DNA from: Eledone cirrhosa
Taxonomy: Eukaryota
Reading direction: 5' to 3'
DNA length: 64,000 nt
Assembly (NCBI GenBank): GCA_964016885.1
Contig: OZ024751.1
Coordinates: 13,268,001 to 13,332,000 of the forward strand
The position numbers were made by a program, and so were the translations under genes. Of this stretch, positions 13,558 to 27,048 are shown piece by piece (position 1 is the stretch's first letter; every line of letters begins with the position of its first letter). A model generated the notes under the pieces. It ran no database searches. It saw only the letters and a list, made by a program, of their open reading frames with translations, and was not told the DNA's origin.

Positions 13558-14883
13558 TATATATATATATATAATACATATATATATATATATAATGCAT
13601 ACATATATATATATATAATATATATATATAATACATATATATATATATATAATGCATACATATATATATATATATAATACATATATATATATATATATAA
13701 TACATATATATAATACATATATATATATAATACATATACATATATATATTACATATATATATATATATAATGCATACATATATATATATATAATACATAT
13801 ATATATATAATACATATATATATATATATAATGCATACATATATATATATATAATACATATATATATATATATATATAATACATATATATAATACATATA
13901 TATATATAATACATATATATATATATAATACATATATATATATATATATATATAATGCATACATATATATATATATATAATGCATACATATATATATATA
14001 TATAATACATATATATATATATATATAATACATATATATATATATATATATAATACATATATATATAATACATATAATACATATATATATAATACATATA
14101 ATACATATATATATAATACATATATATATATATATATATATATAATACATATATATATAATACATATAATACATATATATATAATACATATATATATATA
14201 TATAATATATATATATATATATAATACATATATATATATATATATATATAATACATATATATATATAATACATATATATAATACATATATATATAATACA
14301 TATATATTACATATATATATAATACATATATATTACATATATATATAATACATATATATTACATATATATATAATACATATATATATAATACATATATAT
14401 ATTACACATATATATATATAATACATATATATATAATACATATATATTACATATATATATATATAATACATATATATTACATATATATATATATAATACA
14501 TATATATTACATATATATATATAATACATATATATTACATATATATCTATATAATACATATATATCTATATAATACATATATATTACATATATATCTATA
14601 TAATACATATATATTACATATATATCTATATAATACATATATATTACATATATATCTATATAATACATATATATTACATATATATCTATATAATACATAT
14701 ATATTACATATATATCTATATAATACATATATATTACATATATATCTATATAATACATATATATATATATATATATATATAATACATATATATATATATA
14801 TATATATATAATACATATATATATATATATATAATACATATATATATATATATATAATACATATATATATATATATAATACAT

Positions 14884-14961
<78 letters not shown>

Positions 14962-14964
14962 CAT

Positions 14965-15033
<69 letters not shown>

Positions 15034-15071
15034 TATATATTATATATATATAATACATATATATATATAAT

Positions 15072-15119
<48 letters not shown>

Positions 15120-15133
15120 TATAATACATATAT

Positions 15134-15177
<44 letters not shown>

Positions 15178-15187
15178 TAATACACTC

Positions 15188-15213
<26 letters not shown>
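13557..15213. repeat. Long (TA)n array with ATAATAC / TATTAC higher-order units
   Basis: Direct reading. Confidence 0.95.
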
Positions 15214-15214
<1 letters not shown>

Positions 15215-15218
<4 letters not shown>

Positions 15219-15422
15219 GGTAGAACACTGGAAGGTAATATCCGTAGTGGTAGAGCACTCAGTCCATGGGACGAGTTAGGTAGAAGTGATTACACAACAG
15301 TTAGTTCACCATACCGAGAACAATTGTTTCACCTTAGCGCATCCTCAGCTCGGGCTGAGGATGCGCTAAGGTGAAACAATTGTTCTCGGTATGGTGAACT
15401 AACTATTGTGTAACCACTTCTA
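15215..15422 (-). mobile_element. Family D fold-back element with HHR (+ arm HHR 15350-15389)
   Basis: ~68-bp arms. TCGGG-CTGAGGA-TGCGCTAAGGT-GAAA-CAATTG-TT-CTCGG. Second copy at 56548-56810. Confidence 0.75.
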
Positions 15423-15463
15423 TATATATATATACATATATATATAGAAATATATATATATAT

Positions 15464-15779
15464 AGAAATTAGAAATATAAGCTTGGTGGAATTCAAACTC
15501 GCTCACTGTTTCAAAACATACTTACTAGTCATTCACTTGCTAAGATTGTAGCTTCTAATTTGAATGGAAGGAGATGAGTGATGTGTTGGTATCACAGAGG
15601 TCTGGATAACCAAAGATGTGTGTTCGACTCCCATGTACGTCATTACTCATCTTTTTCCATTTATCTGACGGTTATAAACCCCACTATCAGGCAAACATTT
15701 ATTTAGACTATAATACGGTGAAAGATTATATTTCTAATTTCTAATTTCAAACTCGCTCAGTTCCAAAACATACTTACTT
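15464..15779 (+). mobile_element. ~254-bp terminally redundant element with a tRNA-like segment
   Basis: TTCAAACTCGCTCA..AAAACATACTTACT at 15492 and 15746; B-box-like TGTTCGACTCC at 15621; 20-bp stem 15564-15583 / 15641-15660. Confidence 0.5.
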
Positions 15780-15801
15780 ATATATATATATATACATTGG
15801 T

Positions 15802-15976
15802 GGATTGGCAGTAGTATCGGTAGGGGGTCGGACGCCATGCTTTGACACATAGAGTTACGGCCCTTGCAATTCTGAGTTCAAATCCCGCCGAGGTTAACTT
15901 TGCCTTTCATCCTTACGGGGTCGATAAAATAAAGTACCAGTAATTGCTGGCCTTGTGCCAAAAGTAGAAACAATTA
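15802..15976 (+). mobile_element. SINE family 1
   Basis: Full A/B box, body and tail. Confidence 0.85.
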
Positions 15977-16008
15977 TATATATAATATATATATATACAT
16001 TATATATA

Positions 16009-16040
<32 letters not shown>

Positions 16041-16150
16041 CGATATTAACAAATGGAAACTATATTTATAAAACCATATTTATTTCATTATAAATATTTC
16101 AAGGACACCAAGTTAAATTATGGTGTGCTTTCATCAGATAAAATATAATA
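16041..16150 (-). mobile_element. Family K fragment with intact HHR (16083-16143)
   Basis: TTTTAT-CTGATGA-AAGCACACCA..TGGTGTCCTT-GAAA-TATTTA-TA-ATGAAA. Confidence 0.75.
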
Positions 16151-16552
16151 TAGAGCAGTTATATAAATATATATTGACATACCCTTAAATATATATATAT
16201 ATATATATATGCATATATATATATATATACATTATATATTTCATATGTATATATATATATATATGCATATATATATATATATATATGCATATATATATAT
16301 ATATGCATATATTTATATATATATATATACATTATATATGTCATATATATATATATACCCACACACACATATATATATTTACACACACACATATATATAT
16401 TTACACACACACATATATATTTACATACGCACATATATTTATATATATATACATATTCACACACACACATATATATATTCACACACACACATATATTTAT
16501 ATATATATACATATTCACACACACACATATATATATTCACACACACACAGAC

Positions 16553-16602
<50 letters not shown>

Positions 16603-16603
16603 T

Positions 16604-16651
<48 letters not shown>

Positions 16652-16688
16652 TATGTATATATATTCAAACACACACATATATATTCAA

Positions 16689-16735
<47 letters not shown>

Positions 16736-16778
16736 TATATATATATATATTCACACACACACACACACACATATATAT

Positions 16779-16828
<50 letters not shown>

Positions 16829-16906
16829 TCACACACACACATATATATATATACACACACACATATATATATATATATACACACACACATATATATATAT
16901 ATTCAA

Positions 16907-16941
<35 letters not shown>

Positions 16942-17319
16942 CACACACACACAAAACCAAAGGAGCAGTGTACATACACTTACAAGCTCATGCTCAATCA
17001 ATATTCACTCGATGGCATGCGCCAAATAAATGGCACCAATTAGAACTACTCCAGCACCGCCACTACTACAACCACAACTACAACAACCATAAAACCACAT
17101 TCCCAACAACCACACCTACAACAACCATAACCACCAGGAGAGCAACTTCCCCCAACATCCCCAACAACAACAACAAACCCAACTAGAAGAGCGACATTAA
17201 ATGTCTGCCGATGATAATTCGGAAATGGTATTGTGTAAGTGTATTAAAGGACACCTTATCTGCTATACAGACCAATTTTGGCAATCTGAAATGTCACTAT
17301 ATGGCTTGTGATCACAATT

Positions 17320-17358
17320 ATGATACATGAACCATATATATATACGTGTGTGTGTGTG

Positions 17359-17390
<32 letters not shown>

Positions 17391-17435
17391 CATGAACCAT
17401 ATATATATACGTGTGTGTGTGTGTGCGTGCGTGTG

Positions 17436-17466
<31 letters not shown>

Positions 17467-17598
17467 ACATGAACCATATATATATGCGTGTGTGTGTGTC
17501 TGTGTGTACATGAACCATATATATATATGTGTGTGTGTGTGTGTTTGTACATGAACCATATATATATGAGTGTGTGTGTGTCTGTGTGTACATGAACC

Positions 17599-17639
<41 letters not shown>

Positions 17640-17688
17640 GGTACATGAACCATATATATATGCGTGTGTGTCTGTGTGTACATGAACC

Positions 17689-17740
<52 letters not shown>

Positions 17741-17790
17741 ACATGAACCATATATATATGCGTGTGTGTGTGTCTGTGTGTACATGAACC

Positions 17791-17826
<36 letters not shown>

Positions 17827-17945
17827 ACATGAACCATATATATATATATATGTGTGTGTGAGTACATGAACCACATATATATATATATTTGTGTGTGTGT
17901 GAGTGCATGAACCACATATATGTCTGTGTCTGTGTACATGAAACA
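17320..17945. repeat. Composite minisatellite: GTACATGAACCA-(TA)n-(TG)n, about 13 units
   Basis: Constant core with variable microsatellite spacers. Confidence 0.9.
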
Positions 17946-17957
17946 TATATATATATA

Positions 17958-17993
<36 letters not shown>

Positions 17994-18154
17994 CGTGGAG
18001 GGTATTTGTGTATGCGTGTCTGCATGTCTATCTGTAGACGTGTGTGTGCGTGTATGTTTGTAACTCTCTCTCTCACACACACATGCAGAAACTTTGTCCC
18101 TCCCACACACACTATCACTCTCTCTCTCTCCTTCTTTCTATATATGTTCGTGTG

Positions 18155-18207
<53 letters not shown>

Positions 18208-18340
18208 GTATGGAATACTGTTGGCTTTTTGTTACAATAATTTCTACTTTTCATTTGTATATATGTATATATGTATATATATATATATATACGTATATAT
18301 ATATATATATATATATACGTATATATATATGTATATATAA

Positions 18341-18554
18341 GGAACGAGCGACTTTCGTCAAATCGGACCGAGGAAACAATGTTTCCGTTGGTCTTTCCAA
18401 TTGCTAATACTATCTATCGGTCGCAACTCCAGCTAGAAGGAGCAACGTAAAATAAAGTGTCTTGCTCAAGGACATAACGCATCGCCTGGTCCAGGAATAG
18501 AACTCACAACCTTACGATTGCGAATCCAATTCTCTAACCACTCAGCCACACGCC
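18341..18554 (-). mobile_element. tRNA-derived SINE family 2 (CORE/V-like body)
   Basis: GGCGTGTGGCTGAGTGGTTAG..GAGTTCTATTCC..TGTCCTTGAGCAAGACACTT; second copy at 44475-44675. Confidence 0.8.
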
Positions 18555-18559
18555 TTCAC

Positions 18560-18801
18560 ATATACATATATATATACGTATATATATATATATATGTATA
18601 CATATATATTCATATATGTATATATGCATATACATATACATACATATATATATGTATATATATACATATATGTATATATATATATACATATACACATATA
18701 CATATACATATATATATGTATATATATACATATATATATACATATACACATATACATATACATATATATATGTATATATATACATATATATATACATATA
18801 C

Positions 18802-18832
<31 letters not shown>

Positions 18833-19221
18833 TATATGTATATATATACATATATATATACACATATACATATGTATATATATACATATATGTATATATA
18901 TACATATATGTATATATATACATATATGTATATATATATATACATATACACATATACATATGCATATATATATATGTATATATATACATATATACATATA
19001 CATATATATATAAGTATATATATACATATATGTATATATATATATACATATACACATATACATACATATATATACATATACACATATACATACATATATA
19101 TATATGTATATATATACATATATGTATATATATATATACATATACACATATACATACATATACACATATACATACATATATGTATATATATATATATGTA
19201 TATATATATACATATACATAC

Positions 19222-19264
<43 letters not shown>

Positions 19265-19531
19265 TATACATATATATATACATATATATACATATATATA
19301 CATATATATATACATATATATACATATATATATACATATATATACATATATATACATATATATACATATATATATACATATATATACATATATATATACA
19401 TATATATACATATATATATACATATATATACATATATATATACATACATATATATATACATATATATATATATACATATATACATATATATATATATACA
19501 TATATACATATATATATACATATATATATAT

Positions 19532-19580
<49 letters not shown>

Positions 19581-19671
19581 TACATACATATATATACATA
19601 TATATATACATATGTATATATACATATATATACATATATATATATACATATATATACATATATATATATAC

Positions 19672-19734
<63 letters not shown>

Positions 19735-19790
19735 TATATATATGTATATATATGCATATATATATGTATATATATACATATATATATGTA

Positions 19791-19828
<38 letters not shown>

Positions 19829-19881
19829 CATATATATATACATATATATATGTATATATATATACATATATATATATACAT
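18560..19881. repeat. (TA)n / TATACA array
   Basis: Direct reading. Confidence 0.95.
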
Positions 19882-20045
19882 AAAATAAAGTAAAATAAAT
19901 AAGTCAAATGTTTAAATACATTTTACTTATTTACTTTACTTTATTTTACATTACTCTGGAGTAACCGAACTAACCTGCGCACTTCGTCGAGTGCTCCACA
20001 CTGCATACTGAGGTGTTGGTATACAACCAACATATACTCAAAAAT
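19882..20045 (+). mobile_element. Family A tail fragment with 5' fold-back
   Basis: Reverse complement of 113-215; hairpin at 19882-19950. Confidence 0.7.
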
Positions 20046-20171
20046 ATATATATATACATATATATATGTATATATATATGTATATATATATACAAATATA
20101 TATATACATATATATATAGGTATATACATATACATATATATATATGTATATATATATGTATATATATAATG

Positions 20172-20189
<18 letters not shown>

Positions 20190-20202
<13 letters not shown>

Positions 20203-20547
20203 GAATGTATATATAATGTATTTTGCAATACACTTTATGCTTAATTAAAAGCATTTTGAAGACCGTATGCTATTGTTTTAGAGTAGTGACAAACTCACTT
20301 ACTTTAATCTCAGCAAACAAGGGGAGATAAGCCGACAAGGGCTTGTTTCGCATTTATTGATGCTTATCAAGGCTAACTACTCCCTCCTGTCTACTGAGAT
20401 CACTGATGTTATATTCTTATAGAATTCTAGTAAATAATCAGGAACTGATTATACAGAGCGGTTGCCGGTCAGGCAGAAATTAAAAATGAGAATTGGAGCT
20501 CTGAAATAGCAATATATATATATGAATGTATATGTAATGTATTTTGC
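20190..20547 (-). mobile_element. Retrozyme-like element R320, ~1.1 monomers (HHR 20330-20374)
   Basis: ATGAATGTATAT.TAATGTATTTTGC at 20201 and 20522 (period 321); HHR AGCC-TTGATAA-GCAT..ATGC-GAAA-CAAG..CTTG-TC-GGCT. Confidence 0.8.
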
Positions 20548-20564
20548 TGAGATTAAAGTATGTG

Positions 20565-20972
20565 TGTGTGTGTGCATGTATGTATATGTATACATACTAC
20601 TGTACGTCTGTATACATATATGTATGTACGTATACATAATTATATATAAGTATCAGCCGTACTAAGAGTGAGAAATAGAATTTCATTTTTTCCATTTATC
20701 ATTTTCGGTACGCCCGGCCGACTACCTCACTCGATATGCAAATTAGGCTGCTTAACCGTTAATATGCATAAGGAACGTATATACTTTCAAACGTTCAATT
20801 GACTGACAGAAAGGTATACGGTGCTGATGACAGCTAATAAGCTAGAAACTAGTTCATCGTTCCTTTGTCAGTGTTGAACAAAAGGGCAGCGATGGTTGCC
20901 GAACACTCTACGGCTTAATTCGGGCTATATATTTACAAACAAACCGAGCATTATAATAAATGTTCGGTAAAC
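20565..20972 (+). mobile_element. Retrozyme-like element R470 (HHR 20818-20860)
   Basis: ACGGTG-CTGATGA-C-AGCT-AATA-AGCT-A-GAAA-CTAG-TT-CATCGT; homologous to 25657-26349. Confidence 0.8.
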
Positions 20973-20974
20973 CC

Positions 20975-21494
20975 ACTTACTTTAATTTCAGCAAACAAGG
21001 CCTTGTTTCGCATTTATTGAGGCTTATTGCTGAAATTAAAGTAAGCGAGTCTGCCACTACTCTAAAACAATAGCATACGGTCTTCAAAATGCTTTTAATT
21101 AAGCATAAAGTGTATTGCAAAATACATTATATATACATTCATATATATATTGCTATTTCAGAGCTCCAATTCTAATTTTTAATTTCTGCCTGACCGGCAA
21201 CCGCTCTGTATAATCAGTTCCTGATTATTTACTAGAATTCTATAAGAATATAACATCAGTGATCTCAGTAGAAAGGAGGGAGTAGTTAGCCTTGATAAGC
21301 ATCAATAAATGCGAAACAAGGCCTTGTCGGCTTATCTCCTCTTGTTTGCTGAGATTAAAATAAATGAGTTTGTCACTACTCTAAAACAATAGCATACGGT
21401 CTTCAAAATGCTTTTAATTAAACATAAAGTGTATTGCAAAATACATTATATATACATTCATATATATATTGCTATTTCAGAGCTCCAATTCTAA
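20975..21494 (+). mobile_element. Retrozyme-like element R320, ~1.45 head-to-tail monomers (HHR 21288-21332)
   Basis: TCTAAAACAATAGC at 21061 and 21380 (period 319); short inverted piece at 20975-21027. Confidence 0.8.
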
Positions 21495-22457
<963 letters not shown>

Positions 22458-22746
22458 AATTCTATGTTGTTCACTTGTCCCCCTCGCTTTACGCGATTTA
22501 TTGGTCCCAATAACTTTTTTTAGTTATTGCTCGCACCAACCTGAGGTATAAGATTTTTAATGCGATGAAATACCAATGATGGTTGGAAAATCACTGACGA
22601 AGGACTATTTTTATCATATGTAACCCATGTGCAACCACGCAGTATTCTTCTTTCTTCTCATGTTTATATATATATATATGTATATATATGTATATATATA
22701 TATATCTGTATATATATATGAGTATATATATATATATATATATATA

Positions 22747-23842
22747 TAGGAACGAGTAGGACCCGACGGCTGAGCTCAAGACGTTTCGACGGCTAATTCT
22801 GGACTAAATGAAAATTTTTATCCTGGTAAATGAATAGCCGAGCTTCTCAGGGGGTACTTCTATATATGGTAAAAGTGATTGTCACAAGGATTGATCAAAA
22901 GTTTGTTGTTGAGACACATAATTCTAACATGGCATTTTGTGGAAGGAAGGAGTAGGTGAACTTGCCAGTAGAAGAAAGAGGGAGAGGGATTGGAGGAAAA
23001 CCAGTCGTGCGTTGAAAGTGACAACTACAGCAGAATCCTAAGGATAAGAGGTCTAGAGAGGTATACAAGAGAGGAGGGGGGAAGTCGAAACAATAAGTAA
23101 GTCTATATGGAGTAAATATATAGAAAAATAAGAATGTTAAAAATATAAAAAAACACAATTTCTGGTTACTATTCCCCTACCACAATCATCAAATCTCTCA
23201 CTGATAATGCTAAACTATATAAAAGTTTAATAGGTAGGACGGAATTAAACTTTTATTAACCTTTTCTATAGTTTTATTAAACTTTTCTATAGTTTAGCAG
23301 TACCAGTAAGAGATTTGATAACTGTGGTAGGGGAATAGTAACTAGAAATTGTGTTTTTTTTATATTTTTAACATTCTTATTTTTCTATATATTTACTCCA
23401 TATAGATTTACTTATTGTTTCGACTCCCCCCCCTCTCCCTCTCTTGTATACCTCTCTAGACCTCTTATCCCTAGGATTCTGCTGTAGTTGTCACTTTCAA
23501 CGCACGACTGGTTTTCCTCCACTCCCTCTCCCTCTTTCTTCTACTGGCAAGTTCACCTACCCCTTCCTTCCACAAAATGCCATGATAGAATTATGTGTCT
23601 CAACAACAAACTTTTGACCAATCCTTGTGACAATCACTTTTACCATATATGGAATTACCCCCTGAGAAGCTCGGCTATTCATTTACCAGGATAAAAGTGT
23701 TCATTTAGTTCAGAATTAGCCGTTGAAACGGCTTGAGCTCAGCCGTCGGTGTCCTACTCGTTCCTATTACCCACTCTACTACCCTAAGTATTGAGTATTT
23801 GGTGCGTTATAGTCCATCTGGTTCCTTACCACATTTCCTTCG

Positions 23843-23845
<3 letters not shown>
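22747..23845 (+). mobile_element. Family B long fold-back copy (~485-bp arms) with HHR-like motif at ~23657-23751
   Basis: Arms 22747-23232 / 23275-23766. ACCCC-CTGAGAA-G..CGGCTA..TAGCCG..GAAA-CGGC-TTGAGCTCA-GCCG-TC-GGTGT; tail ends in (TA)n. Confidence 0.8.
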
Positions 23846-23910
<65 letters not shown>

Positions 23911-23970
23911 GTATATATGTATATACATATATATACATATATATATGTATATATATATACATATATATAT

Positions 23971-24666
23971 AAAAAGAGCGGAGCTAGCGGTTATCAAACA
24001 ATTCTCTAAATAAATTAAAAAACGATTTAAATAATCACCTGTTCTATTGCTGTTACCGACGGTTTCACCATTCCAAAAATTGGAAATCCAGAGAATTTCC
24101 AATGGAAAGAAATGGATCTTCAGACAGCTTATTTCCATACTATAAGGTTGCCAGCCTTACAGCAAGTAAATAGTTCACTTCCTGCCTAGCGCATGCGGTC
24201 AAGCCGTTAAAATGACACACACGCAAAATCAGGTCGCAGATAATAGCTGTTTATTATCAACTTGTTGATACTGCCACTAAAATTAGCAGCATTATTCAAC
24301 GTTTTGTTCTCTTCATAAGGAGAAAAATTATAAAAGTGGATGAATACTTCAACAGGAACAAAGTACCTATAGAAATATGCAAGGTGTTTATATGGAAATA
24401 AGCTATCTGAAGATCCATTTTTTTCCATTAGAAATTCTCTGGATTTCCAATTTTTGGAATGGTGAAACCATCGGTAACAGCAATAGAAGAGGTGATTATT
24501 TAAATCGTTTTTTAATTTATTTAGAGAATTGTTTGATAACCGCTTGATCCGCTTTTTTATATTGTTCTGGTATCTCAAATTAGTACCATCGAACCACAAC
24601 TATTATAAACACCTTGCATATTTCTACAAGTACATAGTGCCTGTTGAAGTATTCATCTACTTTTAC
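23971..24666. mobile_element. Retrozyme-like element R465, fold-back insertion (HHR + 24402-24481, - 24049-24128)
   Basis: GCTGT-CTGAAGA-T-CCATT..AATGG-T-GAAA-CC.TCGG-TA-ACAGC; two nested inverted repeats close a circular monomer. Confidence 0.8.
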
Positions 24667-25095
24667 ATATATATATATATATGTATGCATATACGTATGT
24701 GTATATATATATGTATATATATATATATGTATGCATATACGTATGTGTATATATATATGTATATATATATATATGTATGCATATACGTATGTGTATATAT
24801 ATATGTATATATATATATATGTATGCATATACGTATGTGTATATATATATGTATATATATATATATGTATGCATATAAGTATGTGTATATATATATGTAT
24901 ATATATATATGTTTGCATATACTTATGTGTATATATATATGTTTGAATATACGTACGTGTATATATATATGTATATATATATATATGTTTGCATATACGT
25001 ATGTGTATATATATATGTATATATATATGTATGCATATACGTATGTGTATATATGTATATATATATATATGCATATACGTATGTGTATATATATG

Positions 25096-25196
<101 letters not shown>

Positions 25197-25255
25197 ATAT
25201 ATATATGTATATATATGTATATATATATATATATATACATATATATGTATACATA

Positions 25256-25294
<39 letters not shown>

Positions 25295-25347
25295 GTATAT
25301 ATGTATACATATATATGTATATATATATACACATATATATATATATG

Positions 25348-25379
<32 letters not shown>

Positions 25380-25380
<1 letters not shown>

Positions 25381-25437
25381 GTAAGTATGTATGTATACGT
25401 ACATACATATATGTATACAGACGTACACTAGCATGCA

Positions 25438-25493
<56 letters not shown>

Positions 25494-25494
25494 C

Positions 25495-25533
<39 letters not shown>

Positions 25534-25697
25534 CATACAGGTACACATACATATATGTACGCATCAGTTTAGCGGACGCTTATTATAGCGCCCGCTTTGT
25601 TCGTTTGTAAAGAAACTGAACAGCCTGAATTTATGCCGCACGAATTAAGGCAACCACGCTAAACTGATGCGTACATATATGTATGTGTACCTGTATG

Positions 25698-25730
<33 letters not shown>

Positions 25731-26163
25731 GCATGCTACTGTACGTCTGTATACATATATGTATGTACGTATACATACATACTTACATTTAAGTAAGTGC
25801 CGTACTAAGAGTGAGAAATGAAATTTCGTTTTCATTTTATTACAACTCATCGTTTTCGGTGCGCCTGACCGATTTAACTCACTCGATATGCAAATTAGGT
25901 TGCTCAGCCGTTAATTTTCATAAGGAAAGTATATACTTTCGAACGTTCAACTATCTGGCAGATGGGTATACGGTGCTGATGATAGCTAACAAGCTTGAAA
26001 CTAGTACATAGTTCCTGTGTCAGTGTTGAACAAAAAGGTGACGTGGTTGCCTTAACACCGTGCGGCATAAATTCAGGCTGTTCAGTTTGTTTACAAACGA
26101 ACAAAGCGGGCGCTATAATAAGCGTCCGCTAAACTGATGCGTACATATATGTATGTGTACATG

Positions 26164-26235
<72 letters not shown>

Positions 26236-26349
26236 TGCTACTGTACTTCTGTATACATATATGTATGTACGTATACATACATACTTACATTTAAGTAAGT
26301 GCCGTACTAAGAGTGAGAAATGAAATTTCGTTTTCATTTTATTACAACT
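25380..26349 (+). mobile_element. Retrozyme-like element R470: inverted piece plus ~1.4 tandem monomers (HHR 25970-26012)
   Basis: CGCTAAACTGATGCGTAC at 25657 and 26127; 25380-25656 is the reverse complement of the monomer junction region. Confidence 0.8.
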
Positions 26350-26483
26350 TATATATATATGTATATATACATATGTATATATACATATATATGTATATAT
26401 ATACATATATATGTGTATATATACATATATATGTATATATATACATATATATGTATATATATACATATATATATGTATATATT

Positions 26484-26866
26484 GTCAAGGCAGAATTCTA
26501 GAAGGAAAACTCTGATATAACACCTGCAACCCTGTTGGTATCCAATGATGTTGACTTGTTCTTCTTTTTGGTAAATATCATCTTGGTTAAGAGAGTGAGA
26601 CTGGCTTTGTGCAGTGACTTTGCTCACTATAAAAGCTTCACGGCACAGGCATTGCTTTATATCTGGAGATCTCTCTGCACTTGTTGTCACATGGCACCAT
26701 GGGCCCAGCACTATGTGTCAATAATTGTCACAAGTGTAGTGTTTGTACCAGAGTTTTCAAGTCGCTGGCTGGACTAAAAAGTCACACTCGTTCAGCGCTT
26801 CGGTAGGGGTTCTCCTACATGGATATAAAGTAGTGGCCGTACTCGAAAACGAGTTGGCAGCCACCA
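26484..26866 (+). mobile_element. RTE(-BovB-like) LINE 3' fragment with C2H2 finger
   Basis: Encodes [20 protein letters not shown]; 3' hairpin CTCG-AAAA-CGAG. Confidence 0.6.
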
Positions 26867-26876
26867 TATGTATATG

Positions 26877-26915
<39 letters not shown>

Positions 26916-26950
26916 GTATATGTATATATATACATATATATATATATATG

Positions 26951-26982
<32 letters not shown>

Positions 26983-26992
26983 TATATTTATG

Positions 26993-27024
<32 letters not shown>

Positions 27025-27048
27025 CATATATTTATGTATATATATATA

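Noticed and set aside
17320-17945. CRISPR-like repeat-spacer array
   Set aside because: Spacers are microsatellites; eukaryotic context with no cas genes.
18470-18554. Functional tRNA gene (also the SINE1 heads)
   Set aside because: Continues into a SINE body, is multi-copy and diverged, and has no clean cloverleaf.
22535-22586. Hammerhead candidate CCAAC-CTGAGG..GAAA..GTTGG (similar partial motifs at 1345-1388, 35790-35830, 55465-55490)
   Set aside because: Core or stems too degenerate and single-copy here; possibly decayed HHRs but unsupported.
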